A DNA stretch of 64,000 nt. Origin: Candidatus Eiseniibacteriota bacterium (GTDB lineage: Bacteria; Eisenbacteria; RBG-16-71-46; CAIMUX01; VGJL01). Where the stretch lies: positions 608,001-672,000 of the forward strand of contig CAWBWI010000006.1 in assembly GCA_963792585.1 (NCBI GenBank), in the 5' to 3' direction. Made by a program: the position numbers and the translations under genes. The first letter of the stretch is position 1. Each line of letters opens with the position of its first letter. This document shows positions 12,132-21,983 of this stretch, piece by piece. The notes beneath the pieces are model-generated. The model ran no database searches and was not told the origin of the DNA. It was given only the letters and a program-made list of their open reading frames with translations.

Positions 12132-12374
12132 ATGCCGAAGTCGAAGATCGCCATCACATTGGACGGAAACACATTGGCCCGACTCGATTCGCTCGTCGCG
12201 CGCGGGGTCTTCCTGAATCGAAGTCTGGGGATCCAAACCGCCATCGAGGAGAAGCTCGACCGCATCGAAGGAACTCGACTCGCCCGAGAGTGCTCCAAGC
12301 TCGATCCCGTATTCGAACGCTCCCTCGCCGAAGAAGCCCCGCCACCAGATCCGCGCGAATGGCCCGAGTACTGA
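12132..12374 (+). CDS. RHH/CopG-type antitoxin
   Basis: KIAITLD...LDSLV...NRS; overlaps the toxin gene. Confidence 0.8.
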   Translation: MPKSKIAITLDGNTLARLDSLVARGVFLNRSLGIQTAIEEKLDRIEGTRLARECSKLDPVFERSLAEEAPPPDPREWPEY

Positions 12375-12697
12375 GAGGCGAAATCCGCTGGGCGGATTCG
12401 AGCCCAACCCGCGGCCCAGAGCAGTCCGGCCTACGGCCAGTCCTTGTCCTGAGCCACGACATCTTCAATGAGCGCTCCGGGACGGTCATCGTGGCCGCCA
12501 TCACCAGCCAACCCCAACGTGCCGGATTCCCCCTGACCCTTGAATTGCCCCCCAGGGGCCTGCCAAAGAAATCCTGGGTCAAGATCAGCCAAATTCGAAC
12601 ACTGGCCGGGGAGCGACTCGGCAAGCGATTGACCCGGGTTCCCCCTGAAGTCGTCGCGCGAGTGATCGAGGGGCTCAACGAGATCCTGGCCGGCTAG
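12359..12697 (+). CDS. PemK/MazF family toxin
   Basis: RGEIRWAD.SPTRGPEQSGLRPVLVLSHDIFN...SQIRTL. Confidence 0.9.
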   Translation: MARVLRGEIRWADSSPTRGPEQSGLRPVLVLSHDIFNERSGTVIVAAITSQPQRAGFPLTLELPPRGLPKKSWVKISQIRTLAGERLGKRLTRVPPEVVARVIEGLNEILAG

Positions 12698-12726
12698 CAC
12701 CCAGAACCGCCGGACGGCGTTTCTCC

Positions 12727-12755
12727 TTTACGACGGGGCTCGATCTTCTTATCCT
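12727..12755 (+). promoter_or_regulatory. Candidate cassette promoter Pc
   Basis: TTTACG-17-TATCCT upstream of attI. Confidence 0.3.
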
Positions 12756-12833
12756 TAGACCGACGTCAAGAGCTTCTGCGCTCGGGTACGACCTCGCTTA
12801 TCCAGAACGACATACCCTGAGCCACTCCTGGCG

Positions 12834-13016
12834 GTGGTGGTCGCTATGTGGGTTTCCTTATGGTGGATGCGGTCCCCCACGCCCTCCCCAGGACGCACGT
12901 ACCATCGCACCTTCCGCCGCCTATCTGCCTTCTCTCACGCCGATCCCAATCCCTTACCCGAGATCTGTCCACTAAACGTTAGGCGAGTGTTGCGATCGAA
13001 GGAGTCCATCCAATGA
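12834..13016 (+). CDS. Putative attI-spanning leader ORF
   Basis: Crosses attI as AAC-GTT (N-V); its TGA overlaps the ATG of cassette 1. True start uncertain (12834, 12846 or later). Confidence 0.45.
   Translation: MVVAMWVSLWWMRSPTPSPGRTYHRTFRRLSAFSHADPNPLPEICPLNVRRVLRSKESIQ
12960..12984 (+). other. attI site, crossover G12978^TTAGGC
   Basis: GTTAGGCGA is the exact reverse complement of TCGCCTAAC (13503-13511) ending cassette 1; no attC left arm upstream. Confidence 0.8.
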
Positions 13017-13489
13017 CACCACTCATTGCGTTGATTACCAGGGTGTGCGTTCTCGGTGCAGTGGCACTGACCCTCCACAATCCATGGTTTGAGGCAGAGC
13101 TCAGCGGCGCAGACGTCGTTCCGGCCACCGAGTCGCACGGATCAGCCTTCGTGGCTTGGTACTGGACGGAAGAGTCCGAGGTCAGCGACGTCTACATCTC
13201 ATACGGGAACCTCTCAGGCACCGTTACCGGGGCTTACGTGGCGAAGGGGACTGACTCTGAGAATGGGCCTGTCGCACGTACTCTCGCATCGAGTTACTTT
13301 TCTAGCCCCCTTTCCATGACAGTCGAGGCCCTCGCTTCTGACCGCGCTCTCTTGGAGGCGGACTCTGTATACGTGGTCATCACAACCACCGCGTACCCAA
13401 ACGGGGAACTCCGCGGTCGCTTCGTCGAGTCCCACGCCCCCGCAACGCGCGAGGCAACGTGGGGTTCAGTACGTGCCAGCTTCAGATAG
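13013..13489 (+). CDS. Secreted CHRD-domain protein with C-terminal TWG motif
   Basis: AELSGADVVP...YVVITTTAYPNGELRG; ends TWGSVRASFR. Confidence 0.75.
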   Translation: MTPLIALITRVCVLGAVALTLHNPWFEAELSGADVVPATESHGSAFVAWYWTEESEVSDVYISYGNLSGTVTGAYVAKGTDSENGPVARTLASSYFSSPLSMTVEALASDRALLEADSVYVVITTTAYPNGELRGRFVESHAPATREATWGSVRASFR

Positions 13490-13504
13490 GCCCACAACCT
13501 TGTC

Positions 13505-13635
13505 GCCTAACAGACGCATTCACCTGACGCGCTGGCCCGTCACGGCCCTGGCAGACAAGCATAGAAGGCAAGACCATCTCCTCGGGCTGCCAGGGCCGCG
13601 CCGGCCTCAGCCCGCAGGTGATGCGAACGTTAGAC
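13505..13635 (+). repeat. attC type A
   Basis: GCCTAAC...GTTAGAC, 131-bp imperfect palindrome. Confidence 0.9.
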
Positions 13636-13678
13636 ACGGTCTGACCAGACCGTGTGGTTCATCGCCTCTGGAGGGCTT

Positions 13679-14191
13679 ATGAGTGTGCGTGCAAGAAGTG
13701 CTACCTACTTGGTCTTCTTGGCTACGACGTTACTCGCGCCTGGCGTGGCATTTCCGCAGAGGGCCTGTGTATACACCAGCTTCGCCCTGCCGGACAGTGT
13801 TGTCCCTCCGCTGCAAGGCCAGGGTTGGGCGCACATGTTGTTGCTTGATGATCGCGATGACTGCGACTCGGCCGATTCAGTTTGGCTTAGCGTGAATTAT
13901 GGAAGCCTCGAAAGCAATGTCAACGGCGCTAGCATTCACCGTGGTGCTGTGGGCCAGAATGGCGACGAGATTCTCTCCCTATTCACCGAACTGTTCGAGA
14001 CCAACACCCATGTCAGGAAGTATCTTGATCCAGCTGTCTGTCGGGAGATCCTCAATCCAGAGGGTGCATTCTACTTCATCGTGACGACAGTTGATCACCC
14101 TGATGGTGCAGTTCGCGGACAGGTGTGGGTAGATCGCCAGTCCCCCGTATCCCGTTCCACTTGGGGTCGCATAAAATGCTCCTACAGGTAG
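13679..14191 (+). CDS. Secreted CHRD-domain protein with TWG motif
   Basis: ASIHRGAVGQNG...TVDHPDGAVRGQ; ends TWGRIKCSYR. Confidence 0.75.
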   Translation: MSVRARSATYLVFLATTLLAPGVAFPQRACVYTSFALPDSVVPPLQGQGWAHMLLLDDRDDCDSADSVWLSVNYGSLESNVNGASIHRGAVGQNGDEILSLFTELFETNTHVRKYLDPAVCREILNPEGAFYFIVTTVDHPDGAVRGQVWVDRQSPVSRSTWGRIKCSYR

Positions 14192-14198
14192 GAACCGT

Positions 14199-14329
14199 GT
14201 CTAACAGCCGCATTCACCTGACGCGCTGGGCCGTCACGGCCCTGGCAGAGACGCATAGAAGCTCGAACTATTACCGAGCGCTGCCAGGGCCGCGCCGGCC
14301 ACAGCCCGCAGGTGATGCGAACGTTAGAA
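14199..14329 (+). repeat. attC type A
   Basis: GTCTAAC...GTTAGAA. Confidence 0.9.
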
Positions 14330-14796
14330 GGTCTTTCACCAACTCCGAAGAATTCGCGATGTTCTCGGAAGCTCCTACCTGTCGTCAGCATGGAGGTCGG
14401 TGTCGAGCCTTCTCGCGCTGTGATCACACGCCAGATGACTTCGGCTCCCGCATCGCTGTGCCCTTTCCAACTAGGCCAGGGACTTCAAGAGCCGGCGGCG
14501 GCATGCCTGAGTTCTCCGAAGTGCCCTCAGATTCCACAACGGCTCATCCACTCGAGTCCCAGAAGCGTGGAAGAATCGGTTGTGCACGCGGGTTCGCCGG
14601 TGCAATCGCCGCCACCGGTCGCCATCACACGAAACCGGGTGGCCATCATTCAGCGAGTGAGGAAGCCGTTCTAACAGCCGCGTTCACCTGCCGCGCTTGC
14701 CCTGACACGGCTCTGGCGATGTCGCCAAGAACCCAAGAAACTGTCACCCGTGCTCGCCAGAGCCGCGCCAGGTCTGCGCCCGCAGGTGACGCGAAC
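14323..14796 (+). other. Frame-preserving 474-nt cassette without a recognisable gene (family C, copy 1)
   Basis: Three related copies; open in the attC frame from end to end. Confidence 0.7.
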
Positions 14797-14803
14797 GTTA
14801 GGT
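14669..14803 (+). repeat. attC type C
   Basis: TTCTAAC...GTTAGGT, 135 bp. Confidence 0.9.
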
Positions 14804-14865
14804 GTCTCTTGCGTCGGCCGTTATCACTCGCTGTCAGATCCCAGTTGGCACTCTTCCTTGAGGTC

Positions 14866-15252
14866 ATGTGCCTCACGGCCGTCGGGTGCTCATCCAGCAC
14901 AGTGGTTCAGCGAAGTGCACTCCCGACTCTCGCAGGCGATGCGTCCGGAACGAGTCATGCTCGCCTTGGCAAGAACGTCACCTTGCTTCTTGACGACCAT
15001 ACCAAGCTCAAGGGGAAGCTGATCCGAGTCTCCTGCCGCCCGGAGACCACCTTGGTCGTGGAAACAGACAACGCTTCGTCAGTTGACCCGTTCGCCGGGC
15101 GTCCCGATACCGTATCCGTCCCGCTGAGGGACGTCCGACGCATCATGACGCGCTCCACACCTGGCGGTGCTGTTATCGCGGCAGGGTTCTTTGTGGGAAT
15201 CGTGATTGTGGCGGTGGCCGTTGAGCCCAAGCTCTCGTTCCACCCAGATTGA
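14866..15252 (+). CDS. Hypothetical lipoprotein-like protein with C-terminal TM helix, in frame with the upstream attC ORF
   Basis: LTAVGC lipobox-like motif; near-identical copy at 19424. Confidence 0.55.
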   Translation: MCLTAVGCSSSTVVQRSALPTLAGDASGTSHARLGKNVTLLLDDHTKLKGKLIRVSCRPETTLVVETDNASSVDPFAGRPDTVSVPLRDVRRIMTRSTPGGAVIAAGFFVGIVIVAVAVEPKLSFHPD

Positions 15253-15277
15253 GGTCTGCAATGCTTTGTGGTTCGAC

Positions 15278-15408
15278 ACCTAACAGCCGCATTCACCTGA
15301 CGCGCTGGGCCGTCACGGCCCTGGCAGAGAAGCATAGAAGGCAAGATCATCGCCCCGGGCTGCCAGGGCCGCGCCGGCCACAGCTCGCAGGTGATGCGAA
15401 CGTTAGAA
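15278..15408 (+). repeat. attC type A
   Basis: ACCTAAC...GTTAGAA. Confidence 0.9.
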
Positions 15409-15876
15409 GGTCTTTCACCAACGCCGAAGAATTTCGCAATGTTCTCAGATGCTCCTGCCTGTCGTCAGCATTTCGGCCGGTGTCGAGCCTTCTCGCGCTG
15501 CAATCACACCGCCGATGACTTCGGCTGCTGCATCGCTGTGCCCTATCCAACTAGCCCGGGAACTTCAAAAGCCGGCGGCGGCATGCCTGAGCTCTCTGAA
15601 GCGCCCTCAGCATCCATCACGCCACAATTATTCGAGCTCCAGATGCATAGAGCTGCCAATCTTGCAGACGGATCCAATAGTGGAATTGCCGCCACCGGTT
15701 GCCATCCCACTGACTTGGGTGGCCATCATTCACCGCGAGAGGAAGCCATTCTAACAGCCGCGTTCACCTGCCGCGCTTGCCCTGACACGGCTCTGGCGGT
15801 GTCGCCAGGAACCCAGGAATCTGTCACCCGTGCTCGCCAGAGCCGCGCCAGGCCCGCGCCCGCAGGTGACGCGAAC
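15402..15876 (+). other. Family C cassette copy 2 (475 nt, +1 T near 15432)
   Basis: Homologous to 14323-14796. Confidence 0.7.
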
Positions 15877-15883
15877 GTTATGT
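15749..15883 (+). repeat. attC type C
   Basis: TTCTAAC...GTTATGT. Confidence 0.9.
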
Positions 15884-15926
15884 TGCGGTTGCGGCCAACG
15901 AGGCCTCCCATGGCGAGAACACTTTC

Positions 15927-16316
15927 ATGAGCAATCGCGTCCCTGGCATGCTCGTCTTGCTACTCACCTGCTTTGGGTGTGGCGACTCGCATGATCCCCG
16001 CCTCATTGTGGAAACCTCGATCACCATCAGCGGCACCGTCGTGGATAACTCTGATCAGTCACCTGCGGAGAGCGTCCTGGTTGTTCATGAGTTCTTCCAC
16101 AGCACCGACTCTTCTTGGACACCTTTCAACTCCTGCCTAACCAACGCGAACGGTTTCTACATCACCGGTGAGCCACAAACTGGTCGTCCATCTGGTCGGT
16201 TCTTGTTTCAGAAGCCTAGATACGAGCCCCTGATCCTCGGCGCCGAGGAGGCTCGTCAGGATAACAGCGGCTCCTTTGTCCTCGACGCGACCATTCAGCC
16301 AATCAGAGGAAATTGA
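15927..16316 (+). CDS. Lipoprotein, carboxypeptidase-regulatory-like beta domain
   Basis: CFGC lipobox; ISGTVVD...TNANGFY. Confidence 0.6.
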   Translation: MSNRVPGMLVLLLTCFGCGDSHDPRLIVETSITISGTVVDNSDQSPAESVLVVHEFFHSTDSSWTPFNSCLTNANGFYITGEPQTGRPSGRFLFQKPRYEPLILGAEEARQDNSGSFVLDATIQPIRGN

Positions 16317-16376
16317 CATGGGCCGTCACTCATTCGCCAATATCGGAGACCGATCGCCCACTGCTGAGGCCCGCGA

Positions 16377-16507
16377 ACATAACAACCGCATTCACCTGAC
16401 GCGCTGGCCCGTCACGGCCCTGGCAGAGAAGCATGGAAGCCAAGACCACCGCCTTGGGCTGCCAGGGCCGCGCCGGCCCCAGCCCGCAGGTGATGCGAAC
16501 GTTAGAC
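16377..16507 (+). repeat. attC type A
   Basis: ACATAAC...GTTAGAC. Confidence 0.9.
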
Positions 16508-16527
16508 GAGTATTACGCCGCAGAGCT

Positions 16528-17070
16528 ATGGCGTCCGTGTGGTCTGTCGGGACCCTCCTGATGGTCACTTCCTTTGCGATCGCCGCCGGCGAGAAGCCCA
16601 ATGCCGGGTACGGCTGTCGCCTAAGCGCCGATACTTCCCTCGTTGTAGGCTCTTCTTCACGCCGACTCGCGAAATTGGCCCAGTGTCCACCGCCCGTCTA
16701 CCCGGACAGCGCCAGGACCAACTGTATCTGTGGTCGCGTCCTTGCCCGTTGCAGCGTCCGCAGGTACGAGCCCATCCCGATTCGACGCTCCCCACCTCTG
16801 TTAGGTGATGGGGCCACCCGCCATGTCGAGATCATCACTGCTGAACCTCCAGGCATCTTCGAAGCCGCGGTCCGCCATGCACTCTCTCGCGCCCGCTTCT
16901 ACCTGCCGTCAGCTGCAGTAGGTGACACATCCGATGCAACGGCTTTGGTATCCGTTACGTTCGCACTCGATGCCAATGCTCGTTGGCGCGACTGCAAGTG
17001 CCTTCCCGATCACTACGCAGGGGCCACAGACAGCGTCATCGTCTCCGCTGCCATGTTGGTGATCCAGTGA
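16528..17070 (+). CDS. TonB C-terminal-like domain protein
   Basis: PPVYPDSAR...GRV...VEIITAEPPGIFEAAVRHAL. Confidence 0.6.
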   Translation: MASVWSVGTLLMVTSFAIAAGEKPNAGYGCRLSADTSLVVGSSSRRLAKLAQCPPPVYPDSARTNCICGRVLARCSVRRYEPIPIRRSPPLLGDGATRHVEIITAEPPGIFEAAVRHALSRARFYLPSAAVGDTSDATALVSVTFALDANARWRDCKCLPDHYAGATDSVIVSAAMLVIQ

Positions 17071-17077
17071 TGAGATC

Positions 17078-17208
17078 GTCTAACAGCCGCATTCACCTGA
17101 CGCGCTGGGCCGTCACGACCCTGGCAGAATTGCATAGAGGACCAATCTACCACCTCGGGCTGCCAGGGCCATGCCGGCCTCAGCCCGCAGGTGATGCGAA
17201 CGTTAGGC
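17078..17208 (+). repeat. attC type A
   Basis: GTCTAAC...GTTAGGC. Confidence 0.9.
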
Positions 17209-17223
17209 ACATGGGAGGCTGAG

Positions 17224-17802
17224 ATGTCCAAGTGCATGAGGGTGTTGCTTGCCTGTGCTCTTGCGATTGCTGTCCAGGCGGTAGCAGATCCAATCGACCA
17301 GTGTGGCCGCATCATTCCGAGCTGGGATTGCAGCATCTTCTACCCTCTCCAGGGCGGAGGCGCGAGGTACTCGATTGACGCGTCTTCGGTCCCGGACTCC
17401 TCATCGCGAATTGTTTGGCGGGTTGTTGGCGACGTGGTTTCCTGCGACCACGCCTGCAACGACGCTTCAGTCACCGATTGCATCATCAACAGCCATGTTT
17501 CCCCATGTCCATCGACTGACCTCGGATGCGGGGTACTTTCCAGACTCTATTATCCCGACATTGGGTATCTCTGCTTCTTCTGGACATCGCCCGTCTACGG
17601 TTCACTCCTAACACCCTCCCACGGCTTCGTAGCAGGGGACACGATCCACGTCGTAGGCATCGTTGACTACAGGGGTGTAACAGGTCCCTGTGACACTGCC
17701 GAAGGGTACTTGTGGAACGAAGTGCTCACTACTTGTTCAGACTCTGTTTCATCGGCCGAGGAAACGACCTGGGGAAGACTGAAGTTTCTCTTCCGGAGGT
17801 AA
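17224..17802 (+). CDS. Secreted Cys-rich two-repeat protein with TWG motif
   Basis: Signal peptide; CG...GFVAGDTIHVVG; ends TWGRLKFLFRR. Confidence 0.7.
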   Translation: MSKCMRVLLACALAIAVQAVADPIDQCGRIIPSWDCSIFYPLQGGGARYSIDASSVPDSSSRIVWRVVGDVVSCDHACNDASVTDCIINSHVSPCPSTDLGCGVLSRLYYPDIGYLCFFWTSPVYGSLLTPSHGFVAGDTIHVVGIVDYRGVTGPCDTAEGYLWNEVLTTCSDSVSSAEETTWGRLKFLFRR

Positions 17803-17810
17803 GGGCAGGT

Positions 17811-17941
17811 GCCTAACAGCCGCATTCACCTGACGCGCTGGGCCGTCACGGCCCTGGCAGAGACGCATAGAAGCCAAGACCATCGCCTCGGGCTGCCAGG
17901 GCCGCGCCGGCCTCAGCCCGCAGGTGATGCGAACGTTAGAC
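17811..17941 (+). repeat. attC type A
   Basis: GCCTAAC...GTTAGAC. Confidence 0.9.
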
Positions 17942-17945
17942 TGAT

Positions 17946-18344
17946 ATGAAACGACTTGATCACCGGCGGAGCAGGATTCTCATCATCGTACTTTGCCTCG
18001 TTATAGTGGCTGGGAGCGTTGATGGCGGCTTGTATCTGTCGTCGAAGCGCCCAGCGTCATCTCCGTCATCCACTTCGTTCGTGCGCCTGACAGCTCAATC
18101 CGCGATCCATCCTCTTATGGGATTCGCACTGCCGTTCATGTGCGTCGCGCGACAGGGTGGACTGGGTGGCTTCCTTGGAATCCTGGCGGTCCTGACGACG
18201 GCTCTTGTGGTTCTTGCAGCTCGCCACTTCCTGATTCGGGGGACCTGGAAAGCGCTCGGCGGGGTTCTCACCGCTGGGCTCTTCTCATATTGGTTGAGCA
18301 CACGATTGCTCTATGGAGTTCTCTATGGACCCGCTTGGTACTGA
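17946..18344 (+). CDS. Hypothetical membrane protein
   Basis: Several hydrophobic segments; paralog at 32795. Confidence 0.7.
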   Translation: MKRLDHRRSRILIIVLCLVIVAGSVDGGLYLSSKRPASSPSSTSFVRLTAQSAIHPLMGFALPFMCVARQGGLGGFLGILAVLTTALVVLAARHFLIRGTWKALGGVLTAGLFSYWLSTRLLYGVLYGPAWY

Positions 18345-18506
18345 GGCTCTGGCCTCCCTCGCGCTTGTTCGCGAGCGTGCGGTTGGTGCCATGGCGCTCC
18401 CGCACTCGAATACCAGGCTCATCCCAGAACCGCCCGTCCAGAATCGCGTCCGATCGTTCTCTCGCCTTGGAGTTGACCAGACTATTCCGAACCACTTGAG
18501 GCGCCA

Positions 18507-18637
18507 GTCTAACAGCCGCATTCACCTGACGCGCTGGGCCGTCACGGCCCTGGCAGAGAAGCATAGAAGGCAAGACCATCACCCGTGGCTGCCAGGGCCG
18601 CGCCGGCCACAGCCCGCAGGTGATGCGAACGTTAGGC
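18507..18637 (+). repeat. attC type A
   Basis: GTCTAAC...GTTAGGC. Confidence 0.9.
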
Positions 18638-19221
18638 CTCGTGTTGGCGTTCGAGCCTGCGTTGTCGTGCTCTTTCTCATCGTGTCGGCAATTGGGTGGT
18701 CGTTCGCTGATGCTCAGGATCCCCGCGACGCTTTCGACGGCTGCGGCGAGCTCGTCGACTGGAGCGGCTGCAGGTACCTCTACTCATACGACCAAGATGT
18801 CAATCTCCTTCTTGCTGACTTCGGTGGCTATGTCGCTGGAGATACAGTTCACGTCGTCGGCACAGCGAGCATCACTTTCGAGTCCTGCGCGGGAAGCCCC
18901 TTCTACTGGCGCCTCACCCCCAGTTCCATCACTCGGTGTCTTCCGTCCGACCTCGGGTGCGGAGTAATCGTTGGCAGCTTGGCCGCCGGGTGCTCGTACT
19001 GGTCCTCTGAAGCATATGGAAAACTCGACCTGCTTGACCGCCACGGGTTCGCGCCCGGTGACACGGTTCACGTGAGCGGGGTTGTGTGCTGGTGCGGGGG
19101 CCAGACATGTCATCCGTTTGGGGATGGTGAGATACGCAGTGAGAGGCTCAGAGCGTGTAGTGACTCACTTAGCGCAGTCGTACCCCTTACGTGGGGAAGG
19201 GTGCGAATGTTGTTCCGTTAG
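18631..19221 (+). CDS. Cys-rich TWG-motif protein lacking its own ATG; in frame with the upstream attC ORF
   Basis: NVRPRVGVRACVVVLFL... signal-like segment; ends TWGRVRMLFR. Confidence 0.7.
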   Translation, partial: VRPRVGVRACVVVLFLIVSAIGWSFADAQDPRDAFDGCGELVDWSGCRYLYSYDQDVNLLLADFGGYVAGDTVHVVGTASITFESCAGSPFYWRLTPSSITRCLPSDLGCGVIVGSLAAGCSYWSSEAYGKLDLLDRHGFAPGDTVHVSGVVCWCGGQTCHPFGDGEIRSERLRACSDSLSAVVPLTWGRVRMLFR

Positions 19222-19230
19222 GAGGACGAT

Positions 19231-19361
19231 GCCTAACAGCCGCATGCACCTGACGCGCTGGGCCGTCACGGCCCTGGCAGAGAAGCATAGAAGGCAAGAT
19301 CATCGCTCCGGGCTGCCAGGGCCGCGCCGGCCTCAGCTCGCAGGTGATGCGAACGTTAGGT
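19231..19361 (+). repeat. attC type A
   Basis: GCCTAAC...GTTAGGT. Confidence 0.9.
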
Positions 19362-19423
19362 GTCTCTTGCGTCGACCGTTATTACTCGCTGTCAGATCCC
19401 TGTTGGTACGCTTCCTTGAGGTC

Positions 19424-19810
19424 ATGTGCCTCACGGCCGTCGGGTGCTCATCCAGCACAGTGGTCCAGCGAAGTGCACTCCCGACTCTCGCAGGCGATGC
19501 GTCCGGAACGAGTCATGGTCGCCTTGGCAAGAACGTCACCTTGCTTCTTGACGACCATACCAAGCTCAAGGGGAAGCTGATCCGAGTCTCCTGCCAGCCG
19601 GAGACCACCTTGGTCGTGGAAACAGACAACGCTTCGTCAGTTGACCCGTTCGCCGGGCGTCCAGATACCGTATCCGTCCCGCTGAGGGAGGTCCGACGCA
19701 TCATGACGCGCTCCACACCTGGGGGTGCTGTTATCGCGGCAGGGTTCTTCGTGGGAATCGTGATTGTGGCGGTGGCCGCTGAGCCCAAGCTCTCGTTCCA
19801 CCCAGATTGA
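19424..19810 (+). CDS. Duplicate of the 14866 lipoprotein-like cassette
   Basis: Near-identical translation. Confidence 0.55.
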   Translation: MCLTAVGCSSSTVVQRSALPTLAGDASGTSHGRLGKNVTLLLDDHTKLKGKLIRVSCQPETTLVVETDNASSVDPFAGRPDTVSVPLREVRRIMTRSTPGGAVIAAGFFVGIVIVAVAAEPKLSFHPD

Positions 19811-19835
19811 GGTCTGCAATGCTTTGTGGTTCGAC

Positions 19836-19966
19836 ACCTAACAGACGCATTCACCTGACGCGCTGGACCGTCACGGCCCTGGCAGAGAAGCGTAGAACGC
19901 AAGACCATCAGCCGGGGCTGCCAGGGCCGCGCCGGCCTCAGCTCGCAGGTGATGCGAACGTTAGGA
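19836..19966 (+). repeat. attC type A
   Basis: ACCTAAC...GTTAGGA. Confidence 0.9.
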
Positions 19967-20419
19967 GGCACGACAGCTTGAGTAGCAATTTGCTCGAGGA
20001 CGTTTGAAGGGCCGATCCTGTGGGCCTTCGCTCTTGCGGAAGGGTCGGATGCCATCCATCCAGCCGAATCGTTGACTACGCTGAATCCACTGCGGCCGGA
20101 TGGTGCTCCTCCTCCTCCAATGAAAAACCTGCTCTTTGACCCCGACTCAGACGCCTCCAAGCCCTTGTGGCCCAAGCGAATCCACTTCAAACGAAGCCCA
20201 CTTTCAATTTGGTCGTGCCTGGACTCGGTGGTAGGCTTGATGCGCACAGCGGATGCGGAAGATTGAAACGACGGGGAATCGCTGGTGCAGGAATCCGGGG
20301 GCCGCGCGATGAGCAAGGTGCCCATTATCTCTTCCTCGACCTCATCCTCTCCATCCACGAGTGGATCCACACCTTCGTACTTGCCAATCAAGAAGGGCGT
20401 TCAAGGCGTTCCTCCTAAC
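19960..20419 (+). other. Gene-less cassette body, family D copy 1
   Basis: Only short ORFs; copies at 22108 and 50192. Confidence 0.65.
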
Positions 20420-20543
20420 AGCCGCATTCACCTGACGCGCTGGGCCGTCACGGCCCTGGCAGAGAAGCATAGAAAGCAAGACCATCGCCCCGGGCTGCCA
20501 GGGCCGCGCCAGCCACAGCCCGCAGGTGATGCGAACGTTATGT
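20413..20543 (+). repeat. attC type A
   Basis: TCCTAAC...GTTATGT. Confidence 0.9.
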
Positions 20544-20565
20544 TGAGAGTGAGGGGTGGTGCGCG

Positions 20566-21243
20566 ATGAGAATAGGGGTGCTCGCCTGCCTGAGCATCAC
20601 TCTTCTTCTCCCTGCGCGGGCGCAAGGGACCATTGAGGCGCAGCCGAAGCCGTTTCGTGGCGGATTCCAAATTGGGCTCAATGCCGCTCGCTTTGAGTTC
20701 CCCCATCCCGAGTACTTGCCACTTCCCCTCGACCACTACAAGTCCAGCAACTCATTTCGGGCGGGGTTAGTGGGAAATCTGTCGTTCGGAAGAGCCCCTT
20801 ATCTAGAATCCAGCATCCTCCTGAGTGTCAAAGGGATGAAGGCTGAAGACGTCGGTGGTATGGTCGGCGGCATAGGCGGGGAACAACAAGAGATTCGATA
20901 CGAACGTCACCGGCTCTACTACCTCTCACTGCCAATCACCGCGGGCTTCATCCTACCTACGGGGACTATTCGTCCCAGAATCTTCGCTGGCCCCGAGTTC
21001 AGCTACCTTCTGGCGGCCCGTTCCTCCACGAACCTGGGATCCGGCGACGTAAAATCGTTCTACCCGTCATCGGACTTCGGCCTAGTCGCGGGAGTCGGCG
21101 GTCTCGCGCATCTCGCGAACCAGACCATATCGCTCGATCTCGCATACACCTGGGGACTTACTGATCTCAACAACGGGGGCAACAGCGACGTTCATCACAT
21201 CTACAACCGAACGCTTTCCCTCACGATGGGGATCTGGCTATGA
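20566..21243 (+). CDS. Outer-membrane beta-barrel (porin-like) protein
   Basis: Signal peptide; YLSLPI, FAGPEFSYLL, DLAYTWGLTD; terminal aromatic strand. Confidence 0.75.
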   Translation: MRIGVLACLSITLLLPARAQGTIEAQPKPFRGGFQIGLNAARFEFPHPEYLPLPLDHYKSSNSFRAGLVGNLSFGRAPYLESSILLSVKGMKAEDVGGMVGGIGGEQQEIRYERHRLYYLSLPITAGFILPTGTIRPRIFAGPEFSYLLAARSSTNLGSGDVKSFYPSSDFGLVAGVGGLAHLANQTISLDLAYTWGLTDLNNGGNSDVHHIYNRTLSLTMGIWL

Positions 21244-21259
21244 GCCTCTGCGTGCTCCA

Positions 21260-21390
21260 ACATAACAGCCGCATTCACCTGACGCGCTGGGCCGTCACGG
21301 CCCTGGCAGAGAAGCATAGAGGGCAAGACCATCACCCGGGGCTGCCAGGTCCGCGCCGGCCACAGCCCGCAGGTGATGCGAACGTTAGGC
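21260..21390 (+). repeat. attC type A
   Basis: ACATAAC...GTTAGGC. Confidence 0.9.
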
Positions 21391-21974
21391 CTCGTGTTGG
21401 CGTTCGAGCCTGCGTTGTCGTGCTCTTTCTCATCGTGTCGGCAATTGGGTGGTCGTTCGCTGATGCTCAGGATCCCCGCGACGCTTTCGACGGCTGCGGC
21501 GAGCTCGTCGACTGGAGCGGCTGCAGGTACCTCTACTCATACGACCAAGATGTCAATCTCCTTCTTGCTGACTTCGGTGGCTATGTCGCTGGAGATACAG
21601 TTCACGTCGTCGGCACAGCGAGCATCACCTTCGAGTCCTGCGCGGGAAGCCCCTTCTACTGGCGCCTCACCCCCAGCTCCATCACTCGGTGTCTTCCGTC
21701 CGACCTCGGGTGCGGAGTAATCGTTGGCAGCTTGGCCGCCGGGTGCTCGTACTGGTCCTCTGAAGCATATGGAAAACTCGACCTGCTTGACCGCCACGGG
21801 TTCGCGCCCGGTGACACGGTTCACGTGAGCGGGGTTGTGTGCTGGTGCGGGGGCCAGACATGTCATCCGTTTGGGGATGGTGAGATACGCGGTGAGAGGC
21901 TCAGAGCGTGTAGTGACTCGCTTAGCGCAGTCGTACCCCTTACGTGGGGACGGGTGCGAATGTTGTTCCGTTAG
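21384..21974 (+). CDS. Duplicate of the 18631 Cys-rich TWG cassette; in-frame start ATG 21240 lies in the previous cassette
   Basis: Near-identical sequence; ORF 21240-21974 is continuous. Confidence 0.7.
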   Translation, partial: VRPRVGVRACVVVLFLIVSAIGWSFADAQDPRDAFDGCGELVDWSGCRYLYSYDQDVNLLLADFGGYVAGDTVHVVGTASITFESCAGSPFYWRLTPSSITRCLPSDLGCGVIVGSLAAGCSYWSSEAYGKLDLLDRHGFAPGDTVHVSGVVCWCGGQTCHPFGDGEIRGERLRACSDSLSAVVPLTWGRVRMLFR

Positions 21975-21983
21975 GAGGACGAT

